Source of the DNA: the human T2T-CHM13v2.0 reference genome, Homo sapiens
Strand: one strand, 5' to 3'
DNA length: 64,000 bases
Assembly (NCBI RefSeq): GCF_009914755.1
Contig: NC_060926.1
Shown piece after piece: positions 1-11,765 of this stretch (the first letter of the stretch is position 1; each line of letters starts with the position of its first letter). The notes under the pieces were generated by a model. It searched no databases. It was given only the letters and a program-made list of their open reading frames with translations, and was not told the DNA's origin. Position numbers and translations under genes: made by a program.

Positions 1-670
1 AATATTTCACTTCTCAGAAAAGAGAAAATTGATATCTTCGGCAAGCCATAATGCAAATGAGCATTAAAAGTAACAGAGAAGCCACCTCTTTTAATGATTA
101 GTTTTAGTCAGGGAGGGGATCTGCACTCAGTAAAATCTTGACACAGATAAAGTTTTACATTTTTGGCCACTTCCTACTATCATGCCACCAAGAATGTTCT
201 GAGCCACAGCCTTAGGAAACAAGAGACCCCCCTACGGCCTGCCCAGGCCCACAGCTGAATGCCTCCTAGAGATTCGGTGGGTGTCTCCCACCGAGACACC
301 CATCTCTCCCCTCCTCACCACCAAAATGTTTGTGTGTCTTCAGTCCCCCAGGGCCAGCCCCTTCACTGATAAATTCATCCCATCAATGTATCTGTGATTT
401 AATGTAAGAGATTAGCATTTTAACAAGGGCCTTCTGGAAATGCCTTTATCCAAAAAAGAACTATAATGTGACAAGATGTCAAGCCATTGGGAAGACTCTG
501 GGGTGGGGTGGGGGGACACACTCTCCTGGTGTATCCTACACATCACACGCCAGAAAGCCAGCCGCCTACTTCATATCCCCACAGTGCTGGCCCTGTTTGA
601 AAGATTGAAAGTCTTTTTACACAGACTCTCTCAAAGGAAGTTGTCACTTTGGGCTGTGCAAACCAAAACT

Positions 671-991
671 CTTCCAAAATCAGGTGCTTGGGGAAAAAAA
701 ATTGAAGTACTTTTAATAATTTAAATGGCTCTTCTCTGCACATGCCCAGAACCCGAATCCCTTTTCCAACTGAAGTGCTTATATAAAAATTTGACAGCTC
801 TTATAATTTTAAATTGCTCTACACTGAGTATGCCTGGAACCTTGATCACTTCCAAATTCAAGGGCTTATAAAAATTTGAAGCACTCCAATAATTTTAAAT
901 TGCAATGCACAGTGTAGAGTGATTTAAAATTATTGGACTGCTTCAATTTTTTTAAAAGGTCTTCAATTTGGAAATGAGTCAAGCAGCATTC
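671..991. repeat. Degenerate array of three direct ~88-bp units followed by one inverted unit (family not identified)
   Basis: Core ttccaa..(c/g)a(a/g)g.gctt...aaaa(a/t)ttga....taatt(t)taaat recurs at ~672, ~764 and ~850. 911-991 reverse-complements to the same core, making 841-983 an imperfect palindrome. Confidence 0.85.
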
Positions 992-1066
992 TAATACAGT
1001 AGTTTAAGACATAGTATGCTAATCTAAAACTTAACACCTAAAATAATGAAAATTAAACCACATGAG

Positions 1067-1108
1067 CTCTCTCTAGCTCTCTCTCTCTCTCTCCCTCTCT
1101 CCCTCTCT
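1067..1108. repeat. (CT)n microsatellite, interrupted
   Basis: ctctctctagctctctctctctctctccctctctccctctct. Confidence 0.9.
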
Positions 1109-3788
1109 AATAGGGAAAGGGTGGTGCTCAGAACACACCTGAAAAGTTGGAACATGCCTGGGGAAGAGTATAAAAAGCTTAAGCCACAGAGGAGGAAAAG
1201 TGGGAGGCAAAGTAAACACAGGACGACGGGGCAGAAATGACAGGCACACCTCAGAGACTTTGCCCAGGGCTCGGGGGATTCTAGCCAGAGAACATGAAAA
1301 ATAACAGGAAATTGGAAAAGCCAGACCTGAGCAAAGGAAAACTGGAATATGACTAGGTACATGGAATTCTGTAAACTCTTCAATATCTAGGGGTGCAATT
1401 TGGACAGTAACACTCTCTAAAAATCAAATTGCTCCTTTTGTTGTTGTTTGGTTGGTTGGTTGGTTGATGGAGCTTTCAAATAGAATTTGTACCTGTGCTG
1501 CCTCTGTGTTTTTGCTCATGATCAGCCAGCCTTTCCCGGGGCTGCCTAATAACCCAAACAGCCCCGGTCATAACGACTTAGAGGCAAAGAGTACATTTTT
1601 GTACGTCTTTCCCAGGGAGATCTACACCTCTTTTTAGCTCGGAATAGCTACCTAGGTAGACTGTCTTTGTTTCCAAAATGTCAGTGTCCTTTTCTTCTAA
1701 GTTTTCTTTCTTCTTGCCTACTTTCTAATTTTCTTTCTGTCTTTCCTTCCCCTGCATCACTACCTCTGTCTTCAGCTACTGAAACCTTCACAGATTTAAA
1801 GATCAGAGTGACTTTCACTCAACGGTCTTTCCTGTCTAACCCACAGGGGGGAAGCCCCAGGTCACAAAAGACAATCACCACAACAAGGTAGAAGGCCTGG
1901 AGCAGAGTCCCCTTGATAAACAGCACCTGTCTCAAAAGCTTCCTCACCATTTGCCACAGAGCAAACCTGTGCTTTTAAGCGGCCTCTAAATGTGCTTTAT
2001 TCCATTTACTTGTTGTGAGCTGTTTTGCTCTACTGGCTAAATAATGTGTGCTTTAAAATGTTGTGTAAATACATATTTAAAAGATAGCTTGTAATACTTC
2101 CCAGGGACTCATTGCAATTAGGGCTCAAAGTGAGGAGAAGTTTACAGAAGCTGAATTTTGGCACATTTCTTGCCAAAAGGGACTAAGCATGTTAGTTATG
2201 TTGTCTCCTGAATAAAAGACAGAAAAAGAGTGCTTGCGAGAGCAAGGGCAATGTAGGTAGGAAAAGGTGAGAGAAAAAACATGAAAACAGAAATGTTACT
2301 CAACAAGGGGAGTGAAGTTTCTAGCAAGAGGAGAAAAAGAAATGCAGACCTGGGCAAAATTAAATGGTAGTTATTCTTAAAGACATAAAATTTGGAAAAA
2401 AGGTCTTGAAGGGAAGTAGGAATTTAGAGCATGTTAGGGTAGAAATAGCTCTGTACATTTTTCTTCTAAGTTAAGTGATGTTTCCCTGTGCCCTGGTCAG
2501 AGGCTTCTCTCACACATGAGCCTGGCAGGACAGCTGAAAAACTTCCATACCCTTTGGTTCTGCTGGCTCTGTCACGAGTCTGCACAAGACTACTGTGTAT
2601 AAACCTGGACCTCAAGGTCAAACTGTGATATCTTATAATTTCCAATTATTTCCCAATTTGGATAACCTTTATTGTTATTCCTTGCAATCATGAATTAATT
2701 AATTTTTAAAAAGCCATTGGCTGCAAAGAATATTAAGCAATAAAATTTCAAAAGAGCCCAGATAAAAACTAACTGCTAAAGCCGTAGGTAGTCAGGACCC
2801 TCTAAAATAGTGGGTTGTACTGGGTATGAGAAGGAAATAAATATACATATAGGGCAATATGCTTTAAATCACACTTTTAAAAATGGGTACATGAATATAA
2901 TAAACAGCTTGAACTACAATCTTATATTCAGTCTTGACTAGTTTTCTACCTAGATTATTTGGGGGAATGCAGGTTTTAAGTAAGCTGCTAAATGCAGGGT
3001 AGTTCTAGCAAACAGAAGTATCAAGTTCTTACAGACTAGGAATTCGCCAATGGGATCCGGGAATAAATCTCGTCCCCTGGTTGGGAAACATAGCAGGCGA
3101 TGATTAAGAATACTTTGCAAAGGAGCAAACAGATTTTTAGGTCACGTGACTGTAGAGATGTCACCGTTTAATAAAATGACAAAATCTATCTATCACATAG
3201 GCATGAACACAGAACAATATAAAGAGGTTAACAGAAATTGATGGCATCCAAGGTTTAATTTTACACTGAATCGGAGTCTTTGGTGATTGAAATAGACAAA
3301 GATGTATAGGGTTATCTTGTTGAAGAGGCTGCGCTAATTACTGGCACTTGTCATTTCTCCATAGCTTTATCTAAGTCAAGAAGGCTAACTAGCTCCTTTT
3401 TCCCCAGTAGCGCATTGTTTGTTCAGGAGCTTTTGCTGAGGAAGTCTTTTTTTCATAACTGCACCTCATTATTAACAGGTTCATAAATAAATGAGTCCTA
3501 ATATTTTTCTCCGTTAGCATTTATGATAGGGACATTTGGTCTACAAAAGATTACACTTGTCTTTAATAAAAATAGGCACTTATACATGAAGCCTATTAGG
3601 CCCTTGTTACTCTGGAGGAGGAGGAAAGGGGAGGATCTGGAGTTACATAAAATAATAATACTAACCCGGTGTGCTGGCAGCTTTGTAAATAAAGAATATT
3701 TAATGGAGCTTCATGACTTTCCCCCAGCCACTAACTCTTCAACCTTCTCTTCTAACCTCCAACCCCTGCATGATGTGAAGACAAAGCC

Positions 3789-5420
3789 AGTAAGTATTAA
3801 GCGCACATTTTCTACATGACTAGCACTGTGCTAAGCATTGCAAAAGATATAACATTGTATGTGTTGTAAAACACAGTGACTATCCTTGAAGAACTTCCAG
3901 TCTGGTGTGAGACCCAAAAAAACCAGTTCCGGGAACTGCCCAATTCATGTAGAGCTGCTGGTGTAGGGCTTCCACAATCTGTAGGATTTAGAATAAGCAA
4001 AATTTGTATTGGCTGGGGTAACTTTAAACAGTTGCTTTAAAGTGCTAGAGTTTGTGGGAGCCTTCACAGTTGTTTGAAAATTTAAATAAATAGGAGGCTG
4101 AAAACATTCCAGGTTGGGAAATCCAAATGGAAAAAGTCACAGAGGCATGTAAGAGAGGAGCATACAGGGGCAAAGGAACAGAAAAGTCTGCCTGGAATGA
4201 AAAACTTGTCCTGAGAAGTTTCCATGATTACTGTGGGATATAATGTTGAATATGTATTAGTCCATTCTCATGCTGCTATAAAGAAATACCTGAGACTGGA
4301 TAATTTGTAAAGGAAAGAGATTTAATTGACATAGTTGTGCATGGCTGGGGAGGCCTCAGGAATCTTACAATCATGGCAGAAGGGGATACAAACATGTCTT
4401 TCTTCACATGGCAGGAGGAAAGAGAGTGAGTGCTGAGTAAAGGGGGAAAGGCCCGTTATAAAACCATCAGACCTCGTGAGAACTAACACACTATCACAGA
4501 AACAGCACGGGGGTAACCATCTCATGATTCAAGTGCCTCCCACCAGGTCATGTGGGAATTATGAAAACTACAATTCGAGATGAGATTTGGGTGGGGACAC
4601 AGCCAAATCACATCAAATATCCACCTTGAAGGTCATGATGGGAAGTTGGAACTTGATCTTTCAACATGGAATCATTTTAGCTCATAATTAGATGAATGCC
4701 ACAGTAAGCAGGGCATTTAATGAAACAGTAGCTAAGCAAGAGACATCTCAGAGAGTAAATACCACCATCCAGACATAAGAGGACCCGACAGCTGTATCCG
4801 TAATAAAGTGAAAGGCTTAGAACCCAAGAGACATTGCAAAAGATGTCTCAACATGACGTGATGGCCCTTGGGATGAGCATTGAAGAGACAAGCAAGGCAC
4901 TGGTGAGGATAAAAAGACTGGAGAGGAGAGACTGGGATGGCAAGTTAAACCCTGGGAGAAAAAAAACAAAATAAAACCAGATCTAGTTGTAGGCATGTTA
5001 AATTAGAGATTACAACACGCTGAAACTGTACAAACATAGGTTGGTGGTATAGATCAGACTATGGGCAACACTGGAAGTCATAAGTGCACCTGAGTTCAGA
5101 AATGGTAAGAATGTTCAGAGGAAGGAGTGGGGAGACAGGGACAAAGCCTTGGTTGAGACCCATAGTTTTTGGGCAGAAGAAGTTCATGTGTAAACCATGG
5201 GTCAGTCATCCTAGAAGCAGATTCTAAGGAGCATCACGGGTGCTGCCAAAGGAAGGAGGTGGAGCTACAAGAGAACAGGAAAGCCAGTACACAGAGCCCA
5301 GAGGGGTTCCACAGGAGATGATAAGGACTCAAATGTGTGAAACCAAGGCCACAGCCGGGGACAACAGGCAGACACAGGTGAGTGGCTTGCAAAGGAAGGC
5401 AGAGTCCTGGGCCATAGCCT
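3789..5420 (-). mobile_element. L2 LINE fragment, interrupted by a THE1 LTR
   Basis: Starts with the antisense L2 3' end (aagtattaagcgcac...ctagcactgtgctaagcattg...ccttgaagaacttccagtctggtg). L2-like purine-rich sequence resumes after 4615. Ends approximate. Confidence 0.6.
4253..4615 (-). mobile_element. THE1 (THE1B/C-like) MaLR solo LTR
   Basis: tgtattagtccattctcatgctgctataaagaaatacctgagactgg...gagatgagatttgggtggggacacagccaaatcacatca matches the reverse complement of the THE1 consensus; ~363 bp with TG...CA termini. Confidence 0.92.
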
Positions 5421-6039
5421 AGGACACCTTAAGTACTCCTGGCTTCCTTTCCTGTGCCCTGCTAAACAAGACGAGATTTGAGTGAGCAGCACTGTGGCTT
5501 AAAGGGCCAAGGGCAGACAGAAGGGACAAAGAAACCAGAGAATGAACTGAACATGTGGAACACCTCAAAGCTCTGCAGCCATTCCCCGTACAAGTGCCAT
5601 CATTATTTTGTTCTGCACCACTCCAGTTAGTTATAAAAATCTATGGTTCCAAATGTTTCTGCATGTGTGTGTGTGTGTAACTTTAATACCAAATAAGACA
5701 ATGCACCTCAAAACCAGTATATGGCACTTGTTACAAAACACCAAACACTAAGAATATAAATACTCCTTATATTTCATTAGAGCTAAAGTATTAACATTTA
5801 TTAGTTGACTCCATGACACTTTAGGTAAGTCCTTTGTTATAGGGGTAAAAACTTGGAATGTCTGTCTGCCTATTTGAGAAAAAGGTAGCCCATCTTCAAA
5901 AAGTAACCAGTGAAACGTGTTTTATCAGGACTTTGCCTGAATGGGGGCGGGGTGAGGAGTGGGGTCTGAAATATATCCATGTACCTAACCATTTTCCTGG
6001 CACTCCTCAAATTTCTAGAAGGTTTTTGAAAACATATAT

Positions 6040-6257
6040 GTTTTTAAAGGCACCCTTCCTGCTTGAGAACATCCATTTTGTACTTGTGTCCCTCACATTT
6101 GCACATGAAAAAAATCCATTACTGTGTATACAAATGCCAAATTGCAACGCAAATAGGCATTTGTGTGCCCAATTACCCATTTTGTGTGTTTGCAAAACGG
6201 ATGTGCTGGGCAAATTCTGCAGGTGTGAGTTGGTAGCCTGCTGAAAATTCGGCTCCC
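6040..6257. repeat. Ancient conserved repeat, MER121-like (tentative)
   Basis: Internal ~20-bp periodic motif (ttgcacatgaaa / tgtgtatacaaatgcc / ttgcaacgcaaataggc / ttgtgtgcccaattacc / ttgtgtgtttgcaaaa) ending gaaaattcggc. Resembles my recollection of MER121; not aligned. Confidence 0.4.
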
Positions 6258-6528
6258 ACGGAGTCAGCACCAAATAAGGTGATGTCTCCTGACAGCGTGG
6301 CTGAAGGGAGAAACTCTATTTCAGGGACGGCCCTTCAAGGTGGTAACAGGTGTAGACAGCAAACAGACTATCCTTGCAGAGAGGAAGGCAAAAATAAATC
6401 AATCTAAAAGTAAAAGAACTTCAGAGCTACAATTGATGATGATCAGTGTGTCCTAGAAGCACTAAGGGTTTTCCCATGTGTGACTCTAAAGCCCTTAGTG
6501 CCCAACTTTTAAATGAGAACCCCTATTC

Positions 6529-6633
6529 TTTTTTTTTTTTTTTTTTTTTTTTTTTGAGACGGAGTCTCGCTCTGTCGCCCAGGCTGGAGTGCAGTGGCGG
6601 GATCTCGGCTCACTGCAAGCTCCGCCTCCCGGG
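6529..6633 (-). mobile_element. 5'-truncated AluYa5-type element (last ~78 nt + A27 tail) with TSD
   Basis: Minus strand reads cccgggaggcggagcttgcagtgagccgagatCCCgccactgcactccagcctgggcgacagagcgagactccgtctc(A)27. GAGATCCCGCC is a Ya5 diagnostic. TSD gagaacccctattcttt starts at 6515 and 6633. Confidence 0.93.
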
Positions 6634-6654
6634 AGAACCCCTATTCTTTTTAAA

Positions 6655-7265
6655 AAGTTAGTGTTGTCATAAGAACACAACGTGAGATCTACCCTTTTAA
6701 TAAATTTTTAATTGTGGAATACTATATTGTTAACTATAGGTACAATGTTATACAGCAGATCTCTAGAACTTCTTCATCTCAAACTGATATTTAGGCCCTT
6801 TGATTAACCAGTCCCCATTTTCCCTTCCCCGGAGCCCCTGGAAACCATCATTTCGCTTTTTGATTCTATGAATTTAATTGTGTTCGATTCCTCATATTCC
6901 TCAGTATTTGTCCACCTGTCACTGGCTTATTTCACTTAGCATAACGTCCTCAAGATCCACCCATGTTGTTGCATATTGCAGAATGTCTTTTTTAAAGCTG
7001 AATAATATTCCATTGTATGTATATGCCACAGTTTCTTTATCCATTATCTGTTCGTGGACATTTAGGTTGTTCCTACATCCTGGCTATTGTGAATAGTGCT
7101 GCAATGAACATGGGCATGCAGAGATCCTGATTTCAGCTCTTTTGAATAAATACCCAAAAGTAGAATTGCTAGATCATGTGGCAGCTCTATTTTTAATTTT
7201 TTGAGGAACCACCATACTGTTTTCCATAGTGGCTGTACCATTTTGCATTCTCACCAACAGTGAAC
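6655..7265 (-). mobile_element. Old L1 3' end (L1MA7-10/L1MB-like), 5'-truncated
   Basis: aagaacacaacgtgagatctaccc...gtacaatgttatacagcagatctctagaactt...tggcttatttcacttagcataacgtcctcaag...gctattgtgaatagtgctgcaatgaacatggg...ccatactgttttccatagtggctgtacc is typical antisense L1MA 3' sequence. Confidence 0.88.
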
Positions 7266-8331
7266 TTGGAAACCCTATTCTTCAAAGCATATTTTGTATC
7301 TTTTTAAAGAATGGCTCTCACTGTATGTCAGACATCCTAGCAAGCACTCAGAGTATCCTGGTAAATCCCAAAGCTTTACCTGGTTGATGTGCAAGCCTGT
7401 TGCCACCTACATGCCCCTCATCACACCTTTCTCTATCAGAATTCTCAGGCAGTTGAAGACTAAGAACAATCTCTCCACCTACTCGATTCTCCTGCAGCCA
7501 GATGCCACCTGTGTGAGTCATTGCCATTCCTTCCCAACATCCATGATAATCTCAACAAAATTTCTGCCCAAAACAATAATAAGAAACCTATAAGGAAATC
7601 ATACACAGCAAAGATAAATTGTCCTTCATTCGCTCATGTGTTTGTTTTTAGCTTCTGAGATAAGTCAAGCCCAAAAATGGTATATCAATGTTTTTTGGCA
7701 AATTTATTTTCTAGTCCACAAATTCCTAACTTCATTTGATTTTTTAAATGAGGTGATTTGTCAAAAATAAAATTAGATAAAATTCTACTTTCATTGGGTG
7801 CCTGACTATACCAAAGTCATTTAAATGCCATTGTTGTCATCATATACATTTCACTTCTAACCTTCTTTTTTTGTATCCAACAGAACTTTAGCTTAAAAAG
7901 AAAATCAGAGCAAAATATAGGCAACCTGCTTAATCATAAAAGTACAACTTCCTTTAGCATGTTAGTAATTCTCAAAATTGCCTTAGATATTTGCTAGATA
8001 TCAGAAATGGGTAATGTAGTATTTTAAGTGGCAGAAATGCATTAGTGCTATGTAAGTACATGATCCTTAATGTACTAATCTCGGCAATATGTGTAATGAG
8101 GACTTTCAGTAACACTTATTTTAAGCGTCCTCTGAGAAATGCTAATTTACAATGAAACACCTATGGAAGTACATGTGACATCTACATGAATACCAAATGA
8201 ATTCATTTTGATCAATGCTATTACAATGAATATAAAATGAATTCACAATGATAGGACATTTAAAGTATTACCAAATTTTCTTTTAATATTACATGTGCTA
8301 TGGAGATTAGCATATGTTAAGAATTAGATTT

Positions 8332-8402
8332 AATATATATACATATATACACACACACACATAAATATATATATATATACTTATACACATACATACATAC
8401 AC
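8332..8402. repeat. Compound (TA)n/(CA)n/(TACA)n microsatellite
   Basis: atatatatacatatatacacacacacacataaatatatatatatatacttatacacatacatacatacac. Confidence 0.85.
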
Positions 8403-9169
8403 CAAAAATATATGTTCACAGTAATCACCTCATTAGGAAGTACCCTTTAAAAAAGTATTCTATTATTATGCACACACGCACACTAAACTTTTATATACAA
8501 AATGCTTATGTTACATTTTAAAAATTGCATACTGGATATTAACAAACATAAAATTTGCATTATAAAAGCAAGTGTCAAACAAATATTTGTAGATTTTATA
8601 TTTGACAAAAGATATTTTCTAATCTAAATCCTGAGATTTCCTGACTCTTTCATGAAGGCAATGCTTGATAAATTGATTTGGATCTGTTAAAACTCACTGG
8701 TGGCTTTTGTGGCTAGACAGAGATAATCAATGATGGATGGACAGATGGATAGATGGGTAGATGAATGGTTGAATAATTGTGATTAGTATGATATTGAAAT
8801 ATGATCTCTAAGAGATTGAAGTTTTTATTTAGAGTTTCTAAGAAGCCAGAATTTGTAGGAAATGTGTGACACATTCATTTTTGATGATCAGTCTATTCCT
8901 TTTTGATGACAAACTAAGGCCCACAAACAGTGTGTGCTCCTTAACCTTAACTTAGACTGGCCCACATTGCAGGTGATGCAACCACATATCAATCAACAAG
9001 GTTTGACCTTGAAGGGAGTCTCTGGTCCATTTAGAATCTCAAGTAGCTAATATGGGCGGGACAACATTGGTCTCCCAGAAGAAACCAACAAGAGTTCATG
9101 CTGTGGTCTATATCCCATCTCAAATCACAGGAGTTCTCAGATGCACACATCAAATTTCTGTCAATGCTG

Positions 9170-9895
9170 TGCATGATCTGCACACCTAAACTCAAATAAT
9201 AATCGGCTCCTATCAATTTGTATCAGTTTCTACCTTCTCAGCATCACTCATGCTTTTTCTTCTCTTCCTCTTTACTACCACAACCCTGTCAGAACCTCAT
9301 TCTCTCTTGCCTGGGTATTTGCAAGAGGCTCATAACTGATCTGTCTCCCTGCTTCCCTGCCTCCAATTAATCCTGCACACTGCCAGCCAGATTATCTTTC
9401 TAACAAGCACACAGGGCCAGGTGAATCGTCTACTCAAAATTTCTTAATGGCTCCCCTAATCTACAGGATTCAAACCAAATGTCTAGTTTGACAAGGGGTA
9501 TATAAGGCTCAGCCAACCAGTTCAGCTGCATCTTCCTCCACTATTTCCTACATGCACTAAATTATGGTCTTCCATGTTTGGTGTCTTTCTGCATGGGTCT
9601 TTCTGCCTGGCATGTCTTCCCCTTGCCTGCCTACCTGAAAAACCTACTCGTTCTTTGAATTTCAGCTCAGAAGTTTCTTCTTCCATGAGTCCTTCCTTGT
9701 TCCCTTGCTGCCATCTGAATAATTGACTCCACTATAGTACTTTCACACAAAATTTGTCTTCTGGTAGCATGTCCACAGAGGAACTAGACTATAAAATCTT
9801 GAGCCAAGAACAATATTTTATTTGTCTTTGTCTCCCAAGCCATTGACCAATATCTAATACATTAATGCTTATCCAATGGAGGCTGAGTAAATAGA
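9170..9895 (+). mobile_element. L2 LINE 3' portion
   Basis: ctgcacactgccagccagattatctttctaa...ctactcaaaatttcttaatggctccc...ctagactataaaatcttgag...tttgtctttgtctcccaagc matches the L2 3' region. Confidence 0.75.
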
Positions 9896-10179
9896 CTTGT
9901 CTTCTAAAGATTCTATTATCCTTTCTGTTGTCATTCTTCAAGCAAACGTTCAGAAATTTGCACTCACAAATTGCTCAGTAAGCACCATTCCCACTTCAAT
10001 GGATTCGGTGAGCACATTTCTAAGTATGTGTGGGCAAAAGTATGAGCTTTAAACTCCAAGTCATTCTCTACCATCCCCAATACCTCCTGGGAAATCAAAT
10101 GACTATAACATTAACCTAAAAATAAAAATAGTTAATTTAGTAATTACCTGCTTTCTGTTGGGAATGGTACTAATTGATT

Positions 10180-10368
10180 TATTTATATTACTTCATGGCA
10201 CTCTTACAATTGCCACATGATATCACTGTTACTATCCCCATTTAGCAGATGAATACCTCAGGGTAGGGAGAGGTTAGATGACTTGATCAAGGCCACAGAA
10301 ATGGCAACTGGGGAATTCAAACACAGGCTTGGCTGACTCAAGTCCTGGCTTGTTACCTGACACCATCA
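10180..10368 (-). mobile_element. MIR SINE
   Basis: Antisense MIR core tatccccatttagcagatgaatacctcagg...gaggttagatgacttgatcaaggccacag...gaattcaaacacagg. Confidence 0.75.
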
Positions 10369-11344
10369 CTTTTCCTAGCTGTGCCAAAGCTTCTACAGTT
10401 TCTGCTTAGAGAAACTAACAACTCCAGGGAGGTGATTCCAGAGTTTGATGCGCAAGTTCAAAAGTCAAAATGAGTCCCTCACTCAGCCATCATTCACTTC
10501 ACATTCCATAAAGGGAACTTTCTTTTGCCGTAGAATTTTGGATTAAACTCTTCTCACATAAGAATTGGCATCTTGATAATTGAAAGATTAAGTCTGATGG
10601 TTTGACTCATTCTGGTGGATTTTATTATTTCCGGGGCAAAGCCTTGCTGCCCATATTTTTTTGAACTGATTTTCAAATGATTTGCACATTCTTCTGGTAC
10701 CAGTTTCACTTTCTGCTCTGAGAGAAAGAGCTCATAAATCAGACATGGTGGCTTCTGGTCTTTACTTGATTTTTGTAATTGGGTTTTTGTTTTTGCTTGG
10801 TCTTGAATGCATCCCAGGTTTCAAGAACCAGGCTCTTGAAATGAACTGCTGACTTTGAGCTTGAACAGTATTTTATAAGAGAGAAGAAGAAACCAAAAAC
10901 CAAAATGTTTGCTAGTTTCAAATGAACTTAGCTTCCAGCCAAGTTCAGATAGAGGTGGGGGCTCACCACCAGAACTACAGGGACACCTCTCTTGAAGCAC
11001 ATATGGCTTAAAACTCTAAGGTCACTGCAGTGGAAGACTCAGAAATAACTTTGGTACTGGCCAGGAAAAAAAAAAAAAAAGTAAACCTCCAAAAAAGGAA
11101 TTGTCACTTTTGATTTGGTATTTTGTCTAGGCTGAAAGAAGATATTTGTGCTACAAGATTCAAGTCCTGATTATTTTTATCCACTTCCAAACTGCCAGGA
11201 AACTCCCAACTCAAACATTACCTTCACTGAGATGGTGTCCTCTAATTCCATATCCTAAATACATAACAATGTTTGTTTCCTGGTTCCCACATTACTTCAG
11301 ATGACCGTCATCTTACCCTTCACAGCACAGTATAATTAGATACT

Positions 11345-11419
11345 CATATAAAACTCTGAAGCCACTGAGGACAGGGACTGTGTTTTATTTACTGTGTCCC
11401 TATTACCTGGTACATAGAA
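11345..11419 (+). mobile_element. L2 3' terminal fragment
   Basis: gaagccactgaggacagggactgtgttttatttactgtgtccc...cctggtacatag. Confidence 0.55.
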
Positions 11420-11637
11420 TAGGAGTCAGCAAGCGTGCTTCTATAAAGAGCCAGCTAGTACACCTTTTAGGCTTTGTGGACACTATGGTCTTGTCATAAC
11501 AACTCAGCTTCTGTTGTAGTACAAAAGCACCTATAGACAATATGAAAATGAATGAGCCTGGTTGGATTCCAAAACTTTATTTACAAAACCATGTGGTGGA
11601 CCAGATTTGACCTTGGGCTATAGTTTGCCAACTTCTG
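11420..11637 (-). mobile_element. MER58A (hAT-Charlie MITE), near full length
   Basis: taggagtcagcaagc...ttttaggctttgtggac...tagacaatatgaaaatgaatgag...aaaactttatttacaaaa...tagtttgccaacttctg; degenerate TIRs at both ends. Confidence 0.88.
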
Positions 11638-11651
11638 ACATACATCATCCA

Positions 11652-11765
11652 ACAAAAAACCAAAAAAAAAAAAAAAAAAAAAAGGGAGGGAGAGAAAGAG
11701 GAAAAGAAGCGGGGAACAGGGGAAGAAGGAAGGGAAGGAGAGATTGAGGAAAAGGTGGAGAGCAA
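11652..11765. repeat. Poly-A followed by a purine-rich (GA-rich) low-complexity tract
   Basis: A21 then gggagggagagaaagaggaaaagaagcggggaacaggggaagaaggaagggaagg. Confidence 0.85.

Noticed and set aside
489-515. G-quadruplex-like G runs (also 43815-43842)
   Set aside because: They roughly fit the pattern, but one or two such motifs per 64 kb is unremarkable and there is no promoter context.
671-991. CRISPR-like or other prokaryotic repeat-spacer interpretation of the repeated units
   Set aside because: The units are degenerate along their whole length with no unique spacers, there are no cas-like ORFs, and the context is primate DNA.
1160-1220. TATA-like tataaaaag with a nearby FOX-like gtaaaca
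   Set aside because: There is no CpG island or other promoter evidence; it may be an old LTR remnant or chance.
2612-2620. TCAAGGTCA ERR/SF-1 site (reverse copy at 9004-9012)
   Set aside because: Isolated 9-mers occur near chance frequency in a window of this size.
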